64,000 nucleotides of DNA. It comes from Dipteris shenzhenensis (Eukaryota). Both the position numbers and the translations under genes were made by a program. Below the pieces are notes generated by a model, which saw only the letters and a program-made list of their open reading frames with translations, had not been told where the DNA came from and did no database searches. Shown in pieces: positions 35,991-50,439 of this stretch. Every line of letters starts with the position of its first letter. Within the stretch, counting starts at the first letter, position 1. The stretch lies in assembly GCA_047967505.1 (NCBI GenBank), contig CM106538.1; one strand, given 5' to 3'.

Positions 35991-36729
35991 CACATGAGAT
36001 CTCTTTTCCATGCTTTAGCCTACACTTCTCATTGGAATACGACTCGAGAAGCTATGCTACACTTGTGAACACCTATGCTACAATGAGCAATGACACAACT
36101 ATAGGTGACCAACACCCTCGGAAGCTGCACTTGGGAGAACCAATGACAACATTTTGGCACTGCTGCCGGGGAGGTTAGCACCTAAAGTGAAAGTGGATCG
36201 TGTGTTTATCCACATGTGGAAGAATGCCCTACTGAAAACCATAAATGCAACATCTCTCAAGGCAAAGGAGTGCCAAAATACTTCCACTTATGGGTAAAAA
36301 TAAGGCTAACCGGTGTTTTTGCTTAAGCCACATTAAATAATTTAAGACTAAAACCCCTATAACTCTCCACATCCTATAAAAGAGACACCCATCCCCATCA
36401 TTTCTTTTCTCTCCCACTTCTCAAGCGTCTACACCTCCTTTTTTCCATTATTCCCCCATATTTCCGTCCACTCCCTCCACCACCACCACTTTTTCTATTA
36501 TCACCAACACTTTTTCCATCACATCCCCTCCACCTCCACTCCAATTTTCCATCCACCCCCTTCTCCCACCACTATTTCCGTCCTTCTCTCCCCAAATTCC
36601 ATCCACCTCCATCACCACCACCATCTCCTTCCATCTCCCTAACAAATCAACATCCCCTATTTTTTCCCGTCCTCCCATACACTTCAATCATCAACAATAA
36701 GTTTTTTTCCATCAAGGTGAATTTCTTGT

Positions 36730-37025
36730 CCACACCCCCCCCCCTCCCCTTTCCCCCCTCCACCCACCACCACCCCCCTCTCCACCACCACCACCCCCCC
36801 TTCCCCCTACTCCAGCCCCCCCCCCTCTCCACCACAACCACCACCCCCCACCTTTCCCCCCCTCCACCACCACCACCCCCCCCCCAAACCACCACCCCCC
36901 TCTCCACCATCAACACCACCCCCCCAACCACCTCCACCAAAGCCCCCGTCCACCCTTCCCTACCCTCTCTCCTCCACCCCCCCCCCCTCTCCACACACTC
37001 CCAAACCTCCCCCAACCCCCCTCCA
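36730..37025. repeat. C-rich low-complexity tract (G-rich on the minus strand)
   Basis: Runs of C5-C10 interspersed with CAC/CCA. Confidence 0.85.
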
Positions 37026-38159
37026 TGAACCCCCCCGTAGCCTCGAGTGCCCGCGCCCACTACCTCGGTGCTTGCACCTGCTATCTGCCGCCTCATGCAC
37101 CGTGCCTCACATGCCTCTGTCTGCCTGCACATGTCGCCTCACGTGCCATGCCCCATGCACATGCACTACCACATCATGCATGTGCCACTGCACCACCTCG
37201 GCAATCGCACCGCCACCTCCTACACTCGTCGACTGTGTCGCCTAGGGCGTAGTGCCACCTGGGGTGTTGACCATGCCACCTAGGGCGCTACATTGTGCAC
37301 CTCGAGCATCGAACAGGCCTAGGGCTGTGCACCCGTCTACCACCTCACTATGCCATCGCCTATCACATGCCCCCTAATGCCTACACACCCGTCGACCATG
37401 CCCTTCCTTTTTGTACCACCACATCACACGCTCGCCGCTTTGTTCTGGCACGTCACGCACCAGCAAAAGGTCAAGAGAGGAAAGAGGAGAGAGAAATGAG
37501 AGAGAGTGAAGAGAGAGAAAGGTAGAGAGAGAGAGAGAGACTATCGTTAGGTTAGGTTAGGACCCTACCAACACAAAAAAGGAAAAAAGGGAAGGATCTA
37601 GCTCATTATTAGTTAAGGAAGTTAAGTTAGGTTACCAATCCTCCAAAAAAAAAAAAAAAAACAGACCTTTACCAAAAAAATACCTATTTTTGCCCCTTCT
37701 TCAAAGGTTCATATCTTGGCCGTCTGAAGGCCAAATCGCACCAGGTTTGAACACAAATTTCACGCATGCAAAGATCTATATCAAAAGAACCATTTCAAGT
37801 ATTTTTACAATTGTTTTGAGTCTTGGAAGTTGCCACTACGTAGGCACTGATTTTGAGCCATTGATCGCATATTTTTTGCCATTTTCGAGCTACGAAGGTT
37901 GACATCAATTGCGGATTTCAAAGTCAAATGCACTCACTTGAAAGATAAAATTAGGCATTATTTATGCACCTTAGATCTGGAGGAAGACTAGCACTTGCAT
38001 ACTTTCACGACCTTCCTTTTGGCCTCGACGCTCTCCAAGAATTCAACCTCTCACCATCGACAAGTAGCATGAAGGACCTAAGGATTAAAGAAGAAATAAA
38101 AAATGAAGATTTGCATCTTGAAGATTACTTGGATCAATGACACAACCACAACAACAAAA

Positions 38160-40340
38160 ATAATGGCAAAAGACACTTTGGCAAATTCGAAATGCCAAAG
38201 TACAATGGACAAGGGGATCCTGTCAGATTCCTTCAACTCTTTGATGCAGCATGTTGTGCTAGAGGCGACCAATCAAATGAAACCAAAGCCTCTTCGTTTT
38301 CAATGGCCCTAATCGATGAGCCCTCGGAATGATACCTCAACCTTCTCGTAGAAGAAAGAGCCACATGGGCACTACTATCCAAGCAGTTTAGAAGAAGATT
38401 CCAAACAGAAAAGCTCCAAGATGACCCCGCACTTCAACTGGAAAAGGAAATGCGCAAGAAAGAAAAGGTCTAAACATACTTAATAAGAATAAAAAGATTA
38501 ACAGCAAAGTGTGTTCCTCATCCACATGACAAGTACCTCATAGCAGGGCTCATCTCTGGACTTAAAAAATCCATTCACAAGGACATGAAAAAAATCAGCA
38601 GCAGCTATGCACATTTCAGCGGCGCTCATGAAGCTGCAATTGACATTGAGGATGGCATGATCGATTCTCACAATGATAGTCATGACTATAAATAACTTTG
38701 TCCCTAAGACTAAAATATGAAATGATGTAGGCCATCGAGCAAAAGTTGCGCATCTCTTAGCCACCACAGTACCCACGAAGAGAGAATGTCTAGTGCCCAT
38801 ACTATACGGCCAACCCCACGACCAATGAGTAGTGGCTCGACCCCCATGGTTATGGTGTGCCATTTGCAATGATGCAGGCCATGATGTAAATACCTTTTTC
38901 TACAATGTGAGGGTGGCACAACCCCGGCCCCAACAATACCAATAGTAGCTCCCAATCCCAGCATATAGGCAACCAACACTAGCACCTAATGCACAAGTGC
39001 CATGGCTCAACCCCCTCCCAGTGAGGACACAAGTGCCTCAACTTTTTAGGAATCCCAATCCTCCACAATATCCTTGAGCTCCCAATCTTGCCCCAGTAGT
39101 TCTAGTGCAACAACTCCAACCTGAAGAGTTGGAACCTCACTATGAATATGAAATAGAATACCCTATGTACTACATGGATGGTGCCAAAGGACTCATTCCA
39201 GTGTTTGCTAATCAAGTAAATCCCACAACATATCGAACACCCATCAAGTGTTTCAGTTGTGGGGAAAACCACTGCATAGTGGAATGCCCACACAAGGGTA
39301 ACCCCGTTTCATTTCAACTTGTGTGCAGGGAATGTGGAGTTGGGCATGCTTGCATGGATTGCCCACTAAAAACCTCAACCAACCAAGTAAAACCTGATGT
39401 ACCCTTGGGGATGATTAATGTGGAAAATCACAATGTGTCTACACAAAGTGTGTGCTGCAGCCAATCTTGATCATAACAAGACAAGGAAAGAAGTGGCACA
39501 GCAAAAACTCCTTTCCACTCAAAAAGCAAAGAGCCCTCTAGCAAAAAACTCCATGCCAATCCCCACAACGCCATTCCCAACACATCTACGGAAAATGCCA
39601 CCCAAGAAGCAAAGGAAACATACCCCAATGTTGAAACTGAGAAAGCCCATTATTAAGACTTGAAGAAATGGGTACAAAAGGAGTAAGAGAAATTTGAGGT
39701 AGACAAGATGGCACCAATAGAGGTTAGAGCATGCTCATCACCCATCATTGACATAGTGATTGATCTCAACAACTTCCAAAGGGTAATGGAGCAACAGGGA
39801 ACACATCCCCAATTGGATGGTACCGCACTAGCTAGCTTGATAAGTTGTCCCGTCATGATGCCAATTGGAACCTTACTGAGAAACCCTAAAATTTGGGAGA
39901 GTAGGGATGGATCGAATCTTCACAATACTTCCCCCCACATAAAGAAGAAGATAAGATTATTTCAGTAAAATTCGGTGCTAGGGATGACATTAAAAATGTA
40001 ACCATCCCACTGGAGCATAAATCCTTTGGCCAATACCCTGCAATAGTGGATGGTGGAGCCAGTGTAAACATTTTAGCAAAATATATTTATGAAGAATGGG
40101 GCCTACCTCCAATGCAGAAGGATACATTCAACATCCGCTTAGCCCACCACACTAAAATGAAGCCATTGGGCATTGTTGACAATGTGTCAACAAAAAATGC
40201 TGGAGTCAAGTTCACTCTCTAGTTTACTATCTTGGATCTTCCTAAGGGAGCCATAGCATACCAGATATTGTTGGGAAGACCATGGCTTTAGGAAGCTTTG
40301 GTACTCCATGATTGGGGCATTGATCAAATCACAATCTAAA
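38160..40340 (+). pseudogene. Degenerate Ty3/Gypsy gag-protease
   Basis: MPKYNGQGDPVRFLQLFD and ATWALLSKQFRRRF (Gag); CFSCGENHCIVEC knuckle; PAIVDGGASVNIL and ILLGRPWL...LHDWG (protease). No RT seen after it. Confidence 0.85.
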
Positions 40341-43339
40341 ATAGAGAAACCGCTCTCAAGATAAATTTGGGAACAAGGAGATGATTAACCCGACCACACT
40401 TAAAGACCTCACTAAACTGGTTGAAATAGCTGAGAGGAAGTTGAATCCTTGTAAACGCCTCAATAAGATGGTGGGTCAACATCTAAGACTAACAATATAC
40501 GATTTTTCATGAGCACAAGGGTGTGGGAGAGCGCAGTTCCGATCATGATATAGAAGACGGTGCACCAGAAGGATTTGGAGAGTCGAACACAAGAAATGAT
40601 ACCTTTCAAAAGTGTACTTTCTCTTGTTGTTTTCAAGTTGTTCAATTCATTGTTTCATTCGTGGTCGATTGTTTGATTTGTGGTTGTTTCTTGAATTCGG
40701 GCATATTCTAGTATCAGTCCAACTGTGTTCATCTTGAGCATAGTTCCTGTGCTAGATTGTGCATCTTCAATTCGGGTGCATCTCGCCATAAGTCGAGGCA
40801 TCTTGAGTGTAGTTTCTTCATACTATGCATAGTTAAAGCAAATTTGAGTGTTTCTTCCACTGAAATTTGTTGTCGATTGTAACAGTTGATCAGATAGAAG
40901 TAAGGAGAGAGAACGATCGTATGTAAGGAGTAAGGAGTAAGTTGATCGTATGTAACAGTTGAGCATTGAGAAATCCATACAATTTTGGGTATGATTGAAA
41001 TTATGTCAGCACGTGCACCCCTTGACATTGTCTAGATGGAGGTCTTTCTTGTTATTAATGTCACAAAATACAAAAACATTCATGTGTTTTTTTTCCAATG
41101 TTGGATCAGCAGAAACACTCAAACCTATTGTTGCAAAGGATTTGGATTATGCTAACGAATAATGCCATGTTTGCCATCAAAGGTAAATTCGGCCGAAATA
41201 ATACACTTGAGGCATTGTTTATATCCGGTTTGCTTGCTTAAAGATTGTTTTTTGGTACTCATGCAGGAAAAAAGCAAGAAACCACGCACCTCAATGCTAG
41301 CTTCTCCTGTTCTTTTTTTCATTTGGAAGCCGGGCCCCCAAACAATCTAATTTGTTAAAAAACTCTCCGATAAAAAAAGACACTACAAAGTGTTCTCTTC
41401 GTAAATCTTTTCAAGCGGCAGCGAGGCATTTGGCAAAGGTACTCTCCCTTTCGTTGACATTGTTGTTGTCACAACTTTCAATCCTAATTTCAAACGGTGG
41501 TACGTGTGCAAGATACTTCTATAGCAACATTAGGATTTGTTGCTATTGTTGCACATACAGCGTGTGCAAAGAGGCTATTGTTTCACGCGATGAATCGCCA
41601 TGAAGAAACGTGTAGAGAATTATGATGTAGTCATTCTTAAATAGGCCATGGGGTGTTGCTATGGGATGGTCATCCTCGATACACTCAAAATTTGACAGTT
41701 CCATTTTGCAAGTGTTTTTTTCTTGAGAATTGAGATGGTGTGCTACAATGAAATTGAGATGGCGTGGTGCATTGAAATGTAATAATGTTGCTTTGTTGCA
41801 CTTAATTTCAACAATGCTCTCTTTTAACCATAAATAACTTTCGTGAAAAAGCCGATTATGTATCCTTAAGTTCTTGTTGTTTTTTCAAAAGCAATTTGTT
41901 TTTTTCCATGCCTTTACAAATTCCAAGTAATTGTAACATTAAGGAGGAAAAACCAAGACAACAACATCACCATAACAAAATTAAGGCCCAAATCCGCAAA
42001 AGTGTTAAATAGAAAGCAACAAGACTAATAGCTTCGTATGAAAACACATTGTCATGTAAGCAGACACCTAACATAGTACATGTTGCATGCATTCTTGCAG
42101 CCAGTGAAATCACATATGTCATCACACACAGGTTTGCTTTTGAAGGGAAGCTCCTCCTGACATATGGCAGTTCAAGGATAAAAAAGCCACATACACGACC
42201 CGTTTATGCGTTGATTTCACCAACTGCCACAATTGTGAGATGATTAGCTTGATTGTGCCTCACACATTTGTCTAGCAATACAAGGATGCACTAGTTCCAG
42301 ATTCTTTCTACAGAATTGAGGGGACAGTTCCAAGCAAGAGAGGTCAAGGTGAAGGAGGAAGCTGCTATTACTCTCTCCATGTCGATGCAACAACCCTGAT
42401 AGTAAAAGGTGAAGACTTTGAAGGAAATGTCAACTTTGTATTAGAGACATCGATAGCTGACTTTGCACCTTTCATAGCTTGGACAATACGAATGAAGCTA
42501 GGGGCAATCTCAACCGTGGTGGCAACTATCAGCGTTGTTGTGATAAAAGTTGATAGTGATGGTGGCGTACTGGACCAGATGATTGTGGCAGACGGACCGC
42601 GAGATGAAGATCGTGCCACAGTGCATGCCTTTGCTTCTTCCATCAAGTTATGATAGTGCATGCCTCTTGAAGTTCCTAACACCCAGTAATTCATTGTAGA
42701 TTTCCTTTGTCTCGGAGCACAAAAACGTCCTCACACATTTGGTTCAAGAATTCAACTTGTCATGTACACTTTGAAAAATGTCTTCTACATGACAACAAAG
42801 AATGCGCTAGGCTTCTATGACTTTAGTACCCTAGCGGATATTCCAGATGGTGGCAAAAAACAAGAGCTCCAACAAGTGTTCATGGTGGCTGCAATGTTCT
42901 TTCCAAGTTATTTGTTGCTGAAGTAGTTTAGGTGCACATGTCATTTGCAACAACGCTGCAACAATGCACACACTTCTTCTTGACGAGCTTGCAAGCCCTG
43001 CAACAATAGCGCCACTCCACAGGAAAGTTAAAAAGAGACCCTATGCTCTTTGGGTTGCAAAGCAAGAGGATTACTTGGTCTACTTGGTGCAATCATTGCC
43101 ACATGCCACCGCAAAAGAGTTGGCAATTGCATTCTTGCAAAGATTTCCACAGTCCATTCACTTGATGCAAGCTATCATGCAAAGAATTTATAGGAAGAGA
43201 AAGCGATTAACAGCTGATAGTGAGCTCCCACACAGTGTGATTCTTCGAGAAGAAATTTCTACCTTGCCTATGCCCACAAGTCTACCTTCAGCAGGAGACT
43301 TAGCTCGCTGTGCACCATCCCTGCACCATCACTCCTTGT

Positions 43340-44470
43340 AGCACAAAGCAACGTGATCAAAAGATACTTGAAAGCTATTGAGGACACACCCTCTTTTGCT
43401 TGTGTCTGTTGTGGTACTCTTGAATTCAAGATAGATGCGACGTACCACCATTGCAAGACGCACTTTATTGACTCACCATGGTTTGCTACTAGCCTCAAAA
43501 AAGCCACTCTTATGTGCAGTATGCTATGCTTACCTGAAAAAGGGAAAAATTCCAAAGCATGCGAGGAAAACAATGCCACGACAATTGCAAACACAGCATT
43601 TAAGCATGTTCAATGCCTTGGAGGCACGATTGATTGCAATTAGAATACCTTTTGCCCAAATACGCGAGCTAACATATGAAGGTTAGTTTGGCCTACACGG
43701 TGCAATCATCAATTGTTTCGCTGATGTAGATAGAGCACAAAATGTTCTCCCATGCTTCCTAAGTGACAATTCAATGGTCATGGTTGCCTTGAAACAGAAA
43801 CTTCAGTACAATCACAACTACATGAGTGGGCTTGTGTGGCCCATGCTCACTCTAAGAGCACTTAATGAACTCTTAAACACGCCTTTGTGCAAAGAGTGCA
43901 ACGTCACAATAAATGCTCTGTGGGCTAAGCACATTAGAACACCACAAAGTGATGCCGAACCAGTGCAAGAGCAGGAACATCAACATGAACAAGCTGAAGA
44001 TGATATTCCAACAGACACACTAGTGCATGTGGTATTTACACAACGCAACAAGTTGTAACTAAAACACAAGCTAAAGAAAAATCTATTTGCAATGGTTCGC
44101 CAAGGACATTATTCTTGACATTCTTAGTTGCTTGCGAAAAAAAGTTGGGAGCCCTTGGTGCGGTGTTTGCATAAAGTCAGACCAATAGCTATAACAAGTG
44201 CATCACAAGCAGATCCTGCGAACATGCATGACCTTGTGAGTTCTGACCCAGTGACAACTGCGAGGTACTACATCCACAAATTTCAAGCAATAAAACGTGC
44301 CCTCAAACAAGACAACACAATACTTGGGAAAGTTCTCGACTTCTTCGTAGTAACTGAGTTTCAAAATAAAGGGACCCAACACCATCATGGATGATTGTGG
44401 ATTCAAGATGCCTCGACTTATGGCTGAAGACTCCTGTTGAGGTTGAGTCCTTCGCTGACAAATTTAAATG
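43340..44470 (+). pseudogene. Helitron-superfamily Rep remnant of DUF6570/Helentron type
   Basis: CVCCG, LKKGKIP, LEARLIAIRIPFAQIREL...G.FGLHGAIIN, LKQKLQY...RALNELLNTPL, AMVRQ, SDPVTTARY, and HUH-type EFQNKGTQHHHG.LW (~44356-44400). Truncated before the helicase. Confidence 0.8.
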
Positions 44471-44488
44471 CATAGACTTTCAATTTAA

Positions 44489-44538
44489 AAACAAGATGAA
44501 TTTTATTCATGTGGCCTGCCAAGAGAGAGAGAAAAAGA

Positions 44539-44590
<52 letters not shown>

Positions 44591-45546
44591 GAACATTGTC
44601 CAATGTGAGAGATGGAGAGAAATGGAAGAGGAGAGAGAGGGAATGTTCAATGAATGCAAGTCCAAATTTTAACAAAAACGTGGAAGAGGAGAGAGAGGGA
44701 ATGAATGCACTTCCAAAAGTGTGTGCACCTTCAGTTTGCTTTTGTGAAGTTGATCATTTTATGGATTGAAGAAAAGATGGTAGGCACCTCTCTATTAGTG
44801 CATGTACCTTCAATGTGCTTTCATCAATTGGGCCGCGAAAGAGGCCCAAATAGAAAGAGAGAGAAAGTGGGTGTGTTGTGTTAAGGCACTAAAAGTGTCT
44901 AGAGAGAAAAAGTTGAAAAAGAGGCCCAAATAGAAAGACAAAAAGTCGATGTGTTGTGTGACTAAAGCCTAAGTCTTGAGTCCTCTTGACCATCAGGTGT
45001 GTGCACCTTTATGGTTTCCTTGATTGAGAAAAGATGGCTTGACCACGTACGCAACCCACACCTTCAACTTACATGGGGTCGATTCAAGAAAAGATGGACG
45101 TAGGTAGTAGATTTTAAACCTTCTATTTTCAGATTTGAAGGTGGGCTATAATATCATTCCCTTAGTGCTAGCCTGCTCCTGTATGTTTGTTTGTCCACTA
45201 ACAATCTAACTCTACCAAAAAAGGCTACATGTGTAACAAGAATCGCAAAACTAGGCTTGGCGTGCAAGCTTGACTTAAGTCTTGCACATAGTTCGAGTCA
45301 ATGCGAGTCTGGTGTCAAGTGAAAGGAAGGAATAAATGGGTCCTTGTTCACTTTTCTCATTTAATAAGAACAAGATGAATTTTATTCATGTGGGGAGAGA
45401 AAAAGAAAAGAGAGAGAAGAAGGAGAAGAGAGAGAGAGAGAGAGAGAGAAATGAGAGAGGAGAGAGAGAGAATGTTCAATGAATGCAAGTCCAAATTTTA
45501 ACAAAAAACGTGGAAGAGCAGAGAGAGGGAATGAATCCACTTCCAA
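44489..45546. repeat. Dispersed ~200-bp duplication containing a (GA)n microsatellite
   Basis: AACAAGATGAATTTTATTCATGTGG...(GA)n...AATGTTCAATGAATGCAAGTCCAAATTTTAACAAAAA...CACTTCCAAAA at ~44489-44718 and ~45369-45547. Confidence 0.85.
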
Positions 45547-47591
45547 AAAAGCAAACCCAAATTTGAAAGAGATGCTCTAAAGTCAACACACCAACCAATC
45601 AAAGAATTTGAAAGAAAAAACACATCTTAAACATGCTAGAAATTATTTTTACTTTTGAAAGTGTTGAACCTTCACTAAGGCTACGTAACAGCAGGGGAAA
45701 AAAATTAAATGCATGGACATTTTGAAGGTTGCACTGGAAAACAAGGATTGCAGAGACATAATTTCTCACGGCATAGACACGACAATAACGGCAGGCCGCC
45801 AGGCCGGATGAATGTAATTAACGTTGTTGTCAAATTTGCCCCCGAATTCATCGGGCGTATATCCCGGGTCAGAAAGTGCCTGGAATTACTTTTGGGGCTC
45901 GTTCCCCTTTTCACTTGCATTGTTATCCCGCAAAAGTAGCAATGGAGAATCGCAACTAAGCAAAGGCAAGCATATGCACTTCACCAGAATGGGTAGCAGC
46001 TGCGGAATCTTGAACTGGGTTGCGAGATGATCACAGGTTATTCAGCACCTAAACCAGATTTTGTCATGGCGGATCGTTCTAGATGAAGCTGCGTTTGATC
46101 AAAGGCTATGGAGGAGCAACCGCAAAGAAAACCAACAATAGCAGAAGAGCAAGCGTAAAGAAGCTGTGTTTGATCTAGCAGTAAGAGCAACATCCACAGA
46201 GACAAGAGGGATGAAGCTCCTTCACTCCCAGGAACCTTTTTCGAGATCGATTTGCGACCTTGGTAGTCTTAGCGATTGGAGCAAAATACTAAAATGAAAT
46301 CAAGAAAGAAGAGAAAGAGTGAAAAGCAGAAACAGAGCGCACCCAGGCAAGTGGCCAAATCAGGTTTTAGACCTGTTGGCATTGATGCACAGCAGTTGGA
46401 CGCTGGGCTTCATCGCCTCTATTGCAGTGTTACCAGGTGCCCATCAAATTATCATTTGGCTTTGCTGCCACAAAAGAAAGACTCGTCTTGATGGGAATGT
46501 CGTTTCTGCAGAATCCATCGAAGTCTAGCGCCAACGATCAAGCCAATGACGCACATCAAACTCAGAAGCATTTCTTTTGCATCAAATCGACTAATCCCTT
46601 AGCGAGAGCGAGAGCGAGAGAGAGAGAGAGAGAGAACACTAGGACTTCAGGCAATCCAATTTGAAACGGAAGGCAAAAGAAAGAGATGCGATTTGCGAAC
46701 CCCCCAGCAATTCAAAAATGTCCACGCGCAGCAGCATTTTCATCTATCATCTCCTCGAATCGTTCTTTGTCAAAGCCTCTTTGTCCCTAGTGAGTGCGAG
46801 GAAGATTGCTGAGCAAAGATTTGGACCCTGGTACTTGGACCAGGAAGCTCAAGGATCAAGCATGTCTGGCTCAAGCAAGAGGTACGAGTTCAGGATATTT
46901 TGTTTCCTTATGCATTTGCACAATTTTAGCTGCTTCTCTTTTCAAATATGTATATATATATATATATATGTATATGTATATTTATATTCATATAGAGAAA
47001 ATCGCAGATCTTACTACAAAACCTCGGCAATCAGAAACATACTGATGCCAACTCTCTGAATTTACCTCCCACAGCCAGTGCACAGCTCCCTAAACCTCCC
47101 CTAATTATTGACAAAATCACCTCTATTTCCCTATCAGATAGAGTACACCACCTGCGCTTTCACCATTTGCCAGGCGTAAGCTTACGATGAGGGAACCTGA
47201 TCGCATCACCAAACAAACGAGCTGTGTGGGCCCTAGAAAGCTCAGTCCTCAGGGCCTTCTCTACCTCAACCAATAGAGTAGAAGCTATTTCGTCCTCAGG
47301 CATGTTTTAAATCACTTGGGCCAAACTTCGCCAAAGGTTGCTTTGCATTACTATGTCCCTCCTGGCTGCTGGCTCTCTGCCACACTGCTTGGCGTGCTGC
47401 CTGTTTTAAGGGTCTGGTTGATTATTGTCGTGGCCTTCTTTAATCTCATCAAATGCCTTTAGGTTGTTGACTCCCTGTAACAAGTCAGTGATAATCATGG
47501 CTATTTGGCCAAGTCTTTGATATGCATGTCCCCTGTGATGTATCTCCCAACTCCTGTAAATGGTAGCAACCTCTGTCTGTGTTTTCTAACA

Positions 47592-48531
47592 TGGTATCAG
47601 TGGAAATCAACTTTTATGTCTGAAGGACACGTACCTTTGCAAGAAGGAAGGTGACCAAAGGTCTGACAGGTGTGCCTTCGTGTGGGATTGCTTCTTGTTG
47701 TGTAGGGGGACAGCTGGATAGGCCTCATTTTGTACTAGGATTACTCGAGCGTGCTGGCGGGTTGTGCTCAAGGATGGTGGTACCATGGATGGTTGGTGCT
47801 ACCAGGATTTTTGTATCTGTGATCTAGGATGGTTTGCTTGTATAGAACCAGACCTAGAGGAGAAAGAACTGCGGTTTCCAGGGCCAAAGTCGAGGATGTC
47901 TCCGGCTTGTTCCTGAGAGCTTCTCAGTGGGAGTGTGTGGAGCATCTGCATGTATGTGTGGGTGTTGGCCCATGGTGGGTCAGTGAGAGGGGGTGTTGAG
48001 ATTTTTGGGGTCACCACCCCACCTGTGAGCCCCCAAATGAGGTGGACATGGGGAAGGTAGACCAGCAGCAAAAAAGATGCCACATAGGCAGAGAAGAAAG
48101 CTGCCACCGGGACAGATCTGAGAGAGAAGGGAGAGCTGCCACATGGGCAGCATGCAGGCTATCATGTGGGCTTCCTAGGAGCAGCATAGGGCCCTGCATC
48201 CGGGCTGAAGTGCTGGCACATAGGGCAGCCAACATGGGCTGCCAGGGCCGCTATATAGGCCTGCATGTGGCAGCAGAAGGGATTTCCAGTCGGCAGTCTG
48301 GAGGGGTGGGTCAGGCCCATAGGCAGGGCCAGTCAGCAGATGCCACGTGGCAGGCTGGTAGAGAAGAGCAGGTCTTGCCATAGACTGGGTCGGCCCAGAC
48401 TGTGGGCTGGTCTGCCAGTTCATACAGCATTCCAGCCCTATAAATAGGGCCCCATTGTTGGGGTTCTACGAATTGACTGCTGCCTCAGATTTGGGACGGT
48501 TCCAGCAGCAGGGACTTGAGAGACTACTCTC
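47592..48531 (+). mobile_element. Possible LTR-element fragments hosting the family B insertion
   Basis: CTAACA|TGGTATCAG PBS-like at 47592; PPT GAGAGGGGG at 47985-47993, then TGTTGAG at 47994; TATAAATA at ~48438. No matching LTR pair found. Confidence 0.45.
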
Positions 48532-49021
48532 TGTTGGAAACCAAGCCCAACAGGGCTAAGGCTCAAGGGGGGCAGATGGAACGTGCCATGTGGCACTACT
48601 GCATGGGTGCATGCAGCACTTGTATGGCAGCTCTTCCAGCATATTCTACTACACGGTCATGATCTCAGGTGACGATCTGGAGGCAGTTTCGGAGGTGATT
48701 TTGCAGCTCATGGAGGGCGTCTCATGGCGGTGAAGCTGTTCTCCTTCTATTTAGTGATGGCCCGATGTCCAGAGCTCTCTCGCTCTCTCGAGTGTAGCCT
48801 CTTCTATTCACACAGTTTATGAATATAGCTTGTCTTTTGATTTTCCCTCTGCTGTGTATTGTTTACAGTAGGTTGTAGTAATTGTGATCAATAAGTTTTT
48901 AATAGTTGGTATCAGAGCAGTGTTTGGATCTGTGGAGAAGGGAGATAAATCGATTACACGCATGTGTGTATCTTCACTTTGAACTAATTATCTGCTCGAG
49001 CATCGACGCAGCTGTCAGGAA

Positions 49022-49848
49022 ATGGAACCGAAAGGAGAAGCTATAAAGCTTGTCACCTTCACAGGAGAAATTTTTCCGGCATGGCAACTTACAATTCAAC
49101 TCTATCCGATGGAGAGAGGGCTCTGGCCAATCGTGTCAGGTGCTGCTGAGGAGGATTCAGAAGGCACAAGTTTTTTGCAATGGGAAAGCCGCAATCTTCG
49201 TGCTCTAGGAATCATAGGCAGGGCACTGGGTGCTCGGTATTATCACCACCTCGATCTGGGAGTTAGTGCAGCTGAGAATTGGATCGCCATCGAAACTTGG
49301 AAATCAGTGCATGTCTCAGAAATTCAAAGGTATTGTTGAAGCAAGAATTCTTTGGTCTCAAGATGGAGGAGAATACAACTCTCGGATGGCACATTAGCAG
49401 GATGCGAGTTATCTTGAGGCAGTTGCTAGATCTCCATGTCAAAGTAGAAGATGACGATATAAAGGCAGTACTCTTGTCGAGTCTTTCCTCCTCCTACGAC
49501 AATATAGAGAAGATTCTTCGTGTGAATGGTGAGCTGACGGTGAACAAGATGGTAGCTACTCTTTTGGGCAAAGAAAGGCGTCAGAAACGTGAATATAGCT
49601 TTGGAGAAAACGCTTACCTAATGGAGAACAGCAGGCAGGTGAAGAAGAAAGAACTGAAGTTTAGTTATTGTGGCAAATCGAGACATAAGGAGGACTATTG
49701 TTATCGAAAGAAGGAAGCCTTGGCTAAGCAGAACCAAGAGATCACTATGACTAGCAAGGAGCATGCACATGCAATAACCAGGATCTGTGCATCGTCGAGG
49801 GCGACATGGATTACGATGGGTTTGCTTTCTGAGTGTGTGCTGCAGTAG
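49022..49848 (+). pseudogene. gag: Frameshifted Copia-type Gag (family B)
   Basis: FTGEIFPAWQ...ERGLWPIVSG; LLKQEFFGLKMEE; LLSSLSSSYD; degenerate knuckle SYCGKSRHKEDYC; frameshift near 49300. Confidence 0.85.
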
Positions 49849-50439
49849 CAGCAAGTAGCATAGGGTTCTGGTCAATAAGGTGATCAGTTTGTATGCCGAT
49901 CATTGTCGTGTGTGTGTCAAGAGAGGCGATGAGCGTCACTTGTTTATTTTCGGGTCTGAGCATTGATAGTCTTGGTCTTTGTCTGGTTTGAATCAAATCA
50001 ATTGCGTGTTTTGTTGGGCAGAAAGCCTTTTCTTTAGTCCTTACTTTTCTTTTGCAAGTGACATGTCTGGCATTTTTGCTCGTTTTTTAGTCTTTTACCA
50101 GCTTCGGGTCATGATCTTTTTCCTTTTGGATCCTTTGAAAATGTGCAAGTAGGGGAATTTGTCATGTAGTTGATTATGTTGTCCAACCTCAGCTTGAGGG
50201 GGGTGTTGGAAACCAAGCCTTGTTAGGCTAAGGCTCAAGGGGGTGCAGATGGAGCGTGTCATGTGGCACTATTGCATGGGTGCATGGAGCACTTATATGG
50301 GGGCTCTTCCAGCGTATTCTACTACACGGCCGTGATCTTAGGTGACGATCTGGAGGCGGTTTCGGAGGTAATTTCGCAGTTGATGGAGGACGTCTCATGG
50401 TGGTGAAGCTATTCTCCTTCTATTTAGTGATGGCCTGAT

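Noticed and set aside
35433-37132. Pro/Ser/Gly-rich extensin-like ORFs
   Set aside because: They arise from CCT- and C-rich low-complexity DNA, open in many frames, with no signal peptide or gene structure.
45700-46600. Possible miRNA precursor or host gene
   Set aside because: No conserved plant miRNA sequence, long hairpin or recognisable ORF seen by eye.
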